A DNA stretch of 64,000 bases, from assembly GCA_964641415.1 (NCBI GenBank), contig CAZXMW010000006.1:69247-133246 (forward strand). The letters run 5' to 3'. Source of the stretch: an uncultured Thermoanaerobaculia bacterium. GTDB taxonomy: Bacteria; Acidobacteriota; Thermoanaerobaculia; Thermoanaerobaculales; Sulfomarinibacteraceae. Every line of letters begins with the position of its first letter. Position 1 is the stretch's first letter. The notes below the pieces were generated by a model. That model was not told where the DNA came from and ran no database searches. It saw only the letters and a list, made by a program, of their open reading frames with translations. This document shows, one piece after another, positions 62,942-64,000 of the stretch. Position numbers and translations under genes: made by a program.

Positions 62942-64000
62942 ATGACCAGGTTCGTGAAATTCGCGTTGTGTGCCTCGGTTGCGGTGGCAGTGCTTGCAGC
63001 CGGTTCCGCCGAGGCCCAGGGATCCACCACCGGCAGTATCCGCGGCACGGTGACCGACCCGCAGGGTGGTGTTCTGCCGGGAGCCACCGTGCGCGCTCTC
63101 TCGGACGCGCTGGTCGCAGGCCAGCAGGCGGCGATCACCAGCGGCAGCGGGGTGTATCGGTTCCCGTCATTGCCGGTCGGAACCTACGTCCTCGAAGCGA
63201 GCCTTCCCGGCTTCCAGCCGGTGCGGCAGGAGAACGTGGTGGTCGGTCTCGGCCAGAGCCTGAGCATCGACCTCCAGCTCGGCGACGTCACCGTCAGCGA
63301 GGAGATCGTGGTCGTCGCCGATGCGGTTCAGGTGTCGACGGTGGACAACAACGTCGGCTTCAACCTGGGCGGCGACTTCATCGAGCGGCTGCCCATCGCG
63401 CGTGATCCCACCGACCTCATGAACTACGCGCCGGGCATCCAGAACGACCAGGCCTACGGCGCGCCGTCGACCTATCAGAACGCCTACAACGTCGATGGCG
63501 TCGATGTCTCCGACCCCGAGCTCGGCTCCCAGTGGGTGCTGCCGAGCATGGACTGGGTCGAGGAGGTCCAGGTCGCCGGCCTCGGCGCCGACGCCGAGTA
63601 CGGCGGTTTCACCGGCGCCGTCGTCAATCTGGTCACCAAGTCCGGCGGCAACGAGTTCCACGGCGACGCCCGGATCTACTACTCGGGCGGCGACCTCAAC
63701 TCGGAGAACGCCCCCGAGGGCGCCGAGGGCGTCAACAGCGTGTCCTCGGACGTCGACGCGAGCCTCAGCGTCGGAGGACCGGTGATCAAAGACGCTCTCT
63801 GGTACTTCGTGTCCGGCAACCTGCGTGAGCGGCAGGTGGAGCCGTTCTACACGGAGGGCGCCCCCCTGGATGACCGCGAGGACAGCGACCGCACCGAGAC
63901 CCGGGTGCTGGGCAAGCTCACCTGGCAGCTCAACAGCTCCAACCGGCTCATGGGCATGATCGACTGGGACGACGTGGTCCACGACTACCGCGCGGTCGGC
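62942..64000 (+). CDS. TonB-dependent receptor with carboxypeptidase-regulatory-like N-terminal domain (partial, runs off the window)
   Basis: Not in the ORF track; GGAGG RBS; MTRFVKFALC...TGSIRGTVTDPQGGVLPGATV; plug AEYGGFTGAVVNLVTKSGGNEFHG. Confidence 0.92.
   Translation, partial: MTRFVKFALCASVAVAVLAAGSAEAQGSTTGSIRGTVTDPQGGVLPGATVRALSDALVAGQQAAITSGSGVYRFPSLPVGTYVLEASLPGFQPVRQENVVVGLGQSLSIDLQLGDVTVSEEIVVVADAVQVSTVDNNVGFNLGGDFIERLPIARDPTDLMNYAPGIQNDQAYGAPSTYQNAYNVDGVDVSDPELGSQWVLPSMDWVEEVQVAGLGADAEYGGFTGAVVNLVTKSGGNEFHGDARIYYSGGDLNSENAPEGAEGVNSVSSDVDASLSVGGPVIKDALWYFVSGNLRERQVEPFYTEGAPLDDREDSDRTETRVLGKLTWQLNSSNRLMGMIDWDDVVHDYRAVG

Overview
High-GC bacterial chromosomal segment with about 40 genes. 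Ser/Thr kinase-TPR paralogs, a carboxypeptidase-regulatory-domain TonB receptor and a fused IcmF suggest Acidobacteriota (inference). In order: MAPEG protein, a ~180-bp MITE-like hairpin, a disrupted lipoprotein, SIMPL, a TetR-DUF2339-DUF3999 envelope operon, MipA/OmpV, two Ser/Thr kinases plus a kinase-less paralog, icmF, a FlhG/MinD-like ATPase with a J-like/HTH partner, KamA-like radical SAM, SDR, patatin, ALDH, a DUF2155 lipoprotein, an AGCS symporter, mutM, xth, an ABC exporter, and a fused Se-dependent-type xanthine dehydrogenase with xdhC. A ~17.6-kb LacI-controlled beta-1,3-glucan (laminarin) utilization locus follows (TBDR, GH3, GH16, GH17, GH149 phosphorylase, 2 MFS, SSS); it separates xdhC from xdhBA. 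The window ends with YfcC, RpiR and a partial TBDR. Intergenic DNA holds several families of short inverted-repeat elements (6-, 7-, ~9- and 28-bp periodicities) and several short gene remnants. No rRNA, tRNA, CRISPR array or transposase was seen. All calls come from motif recognition by eye; no searches were run.
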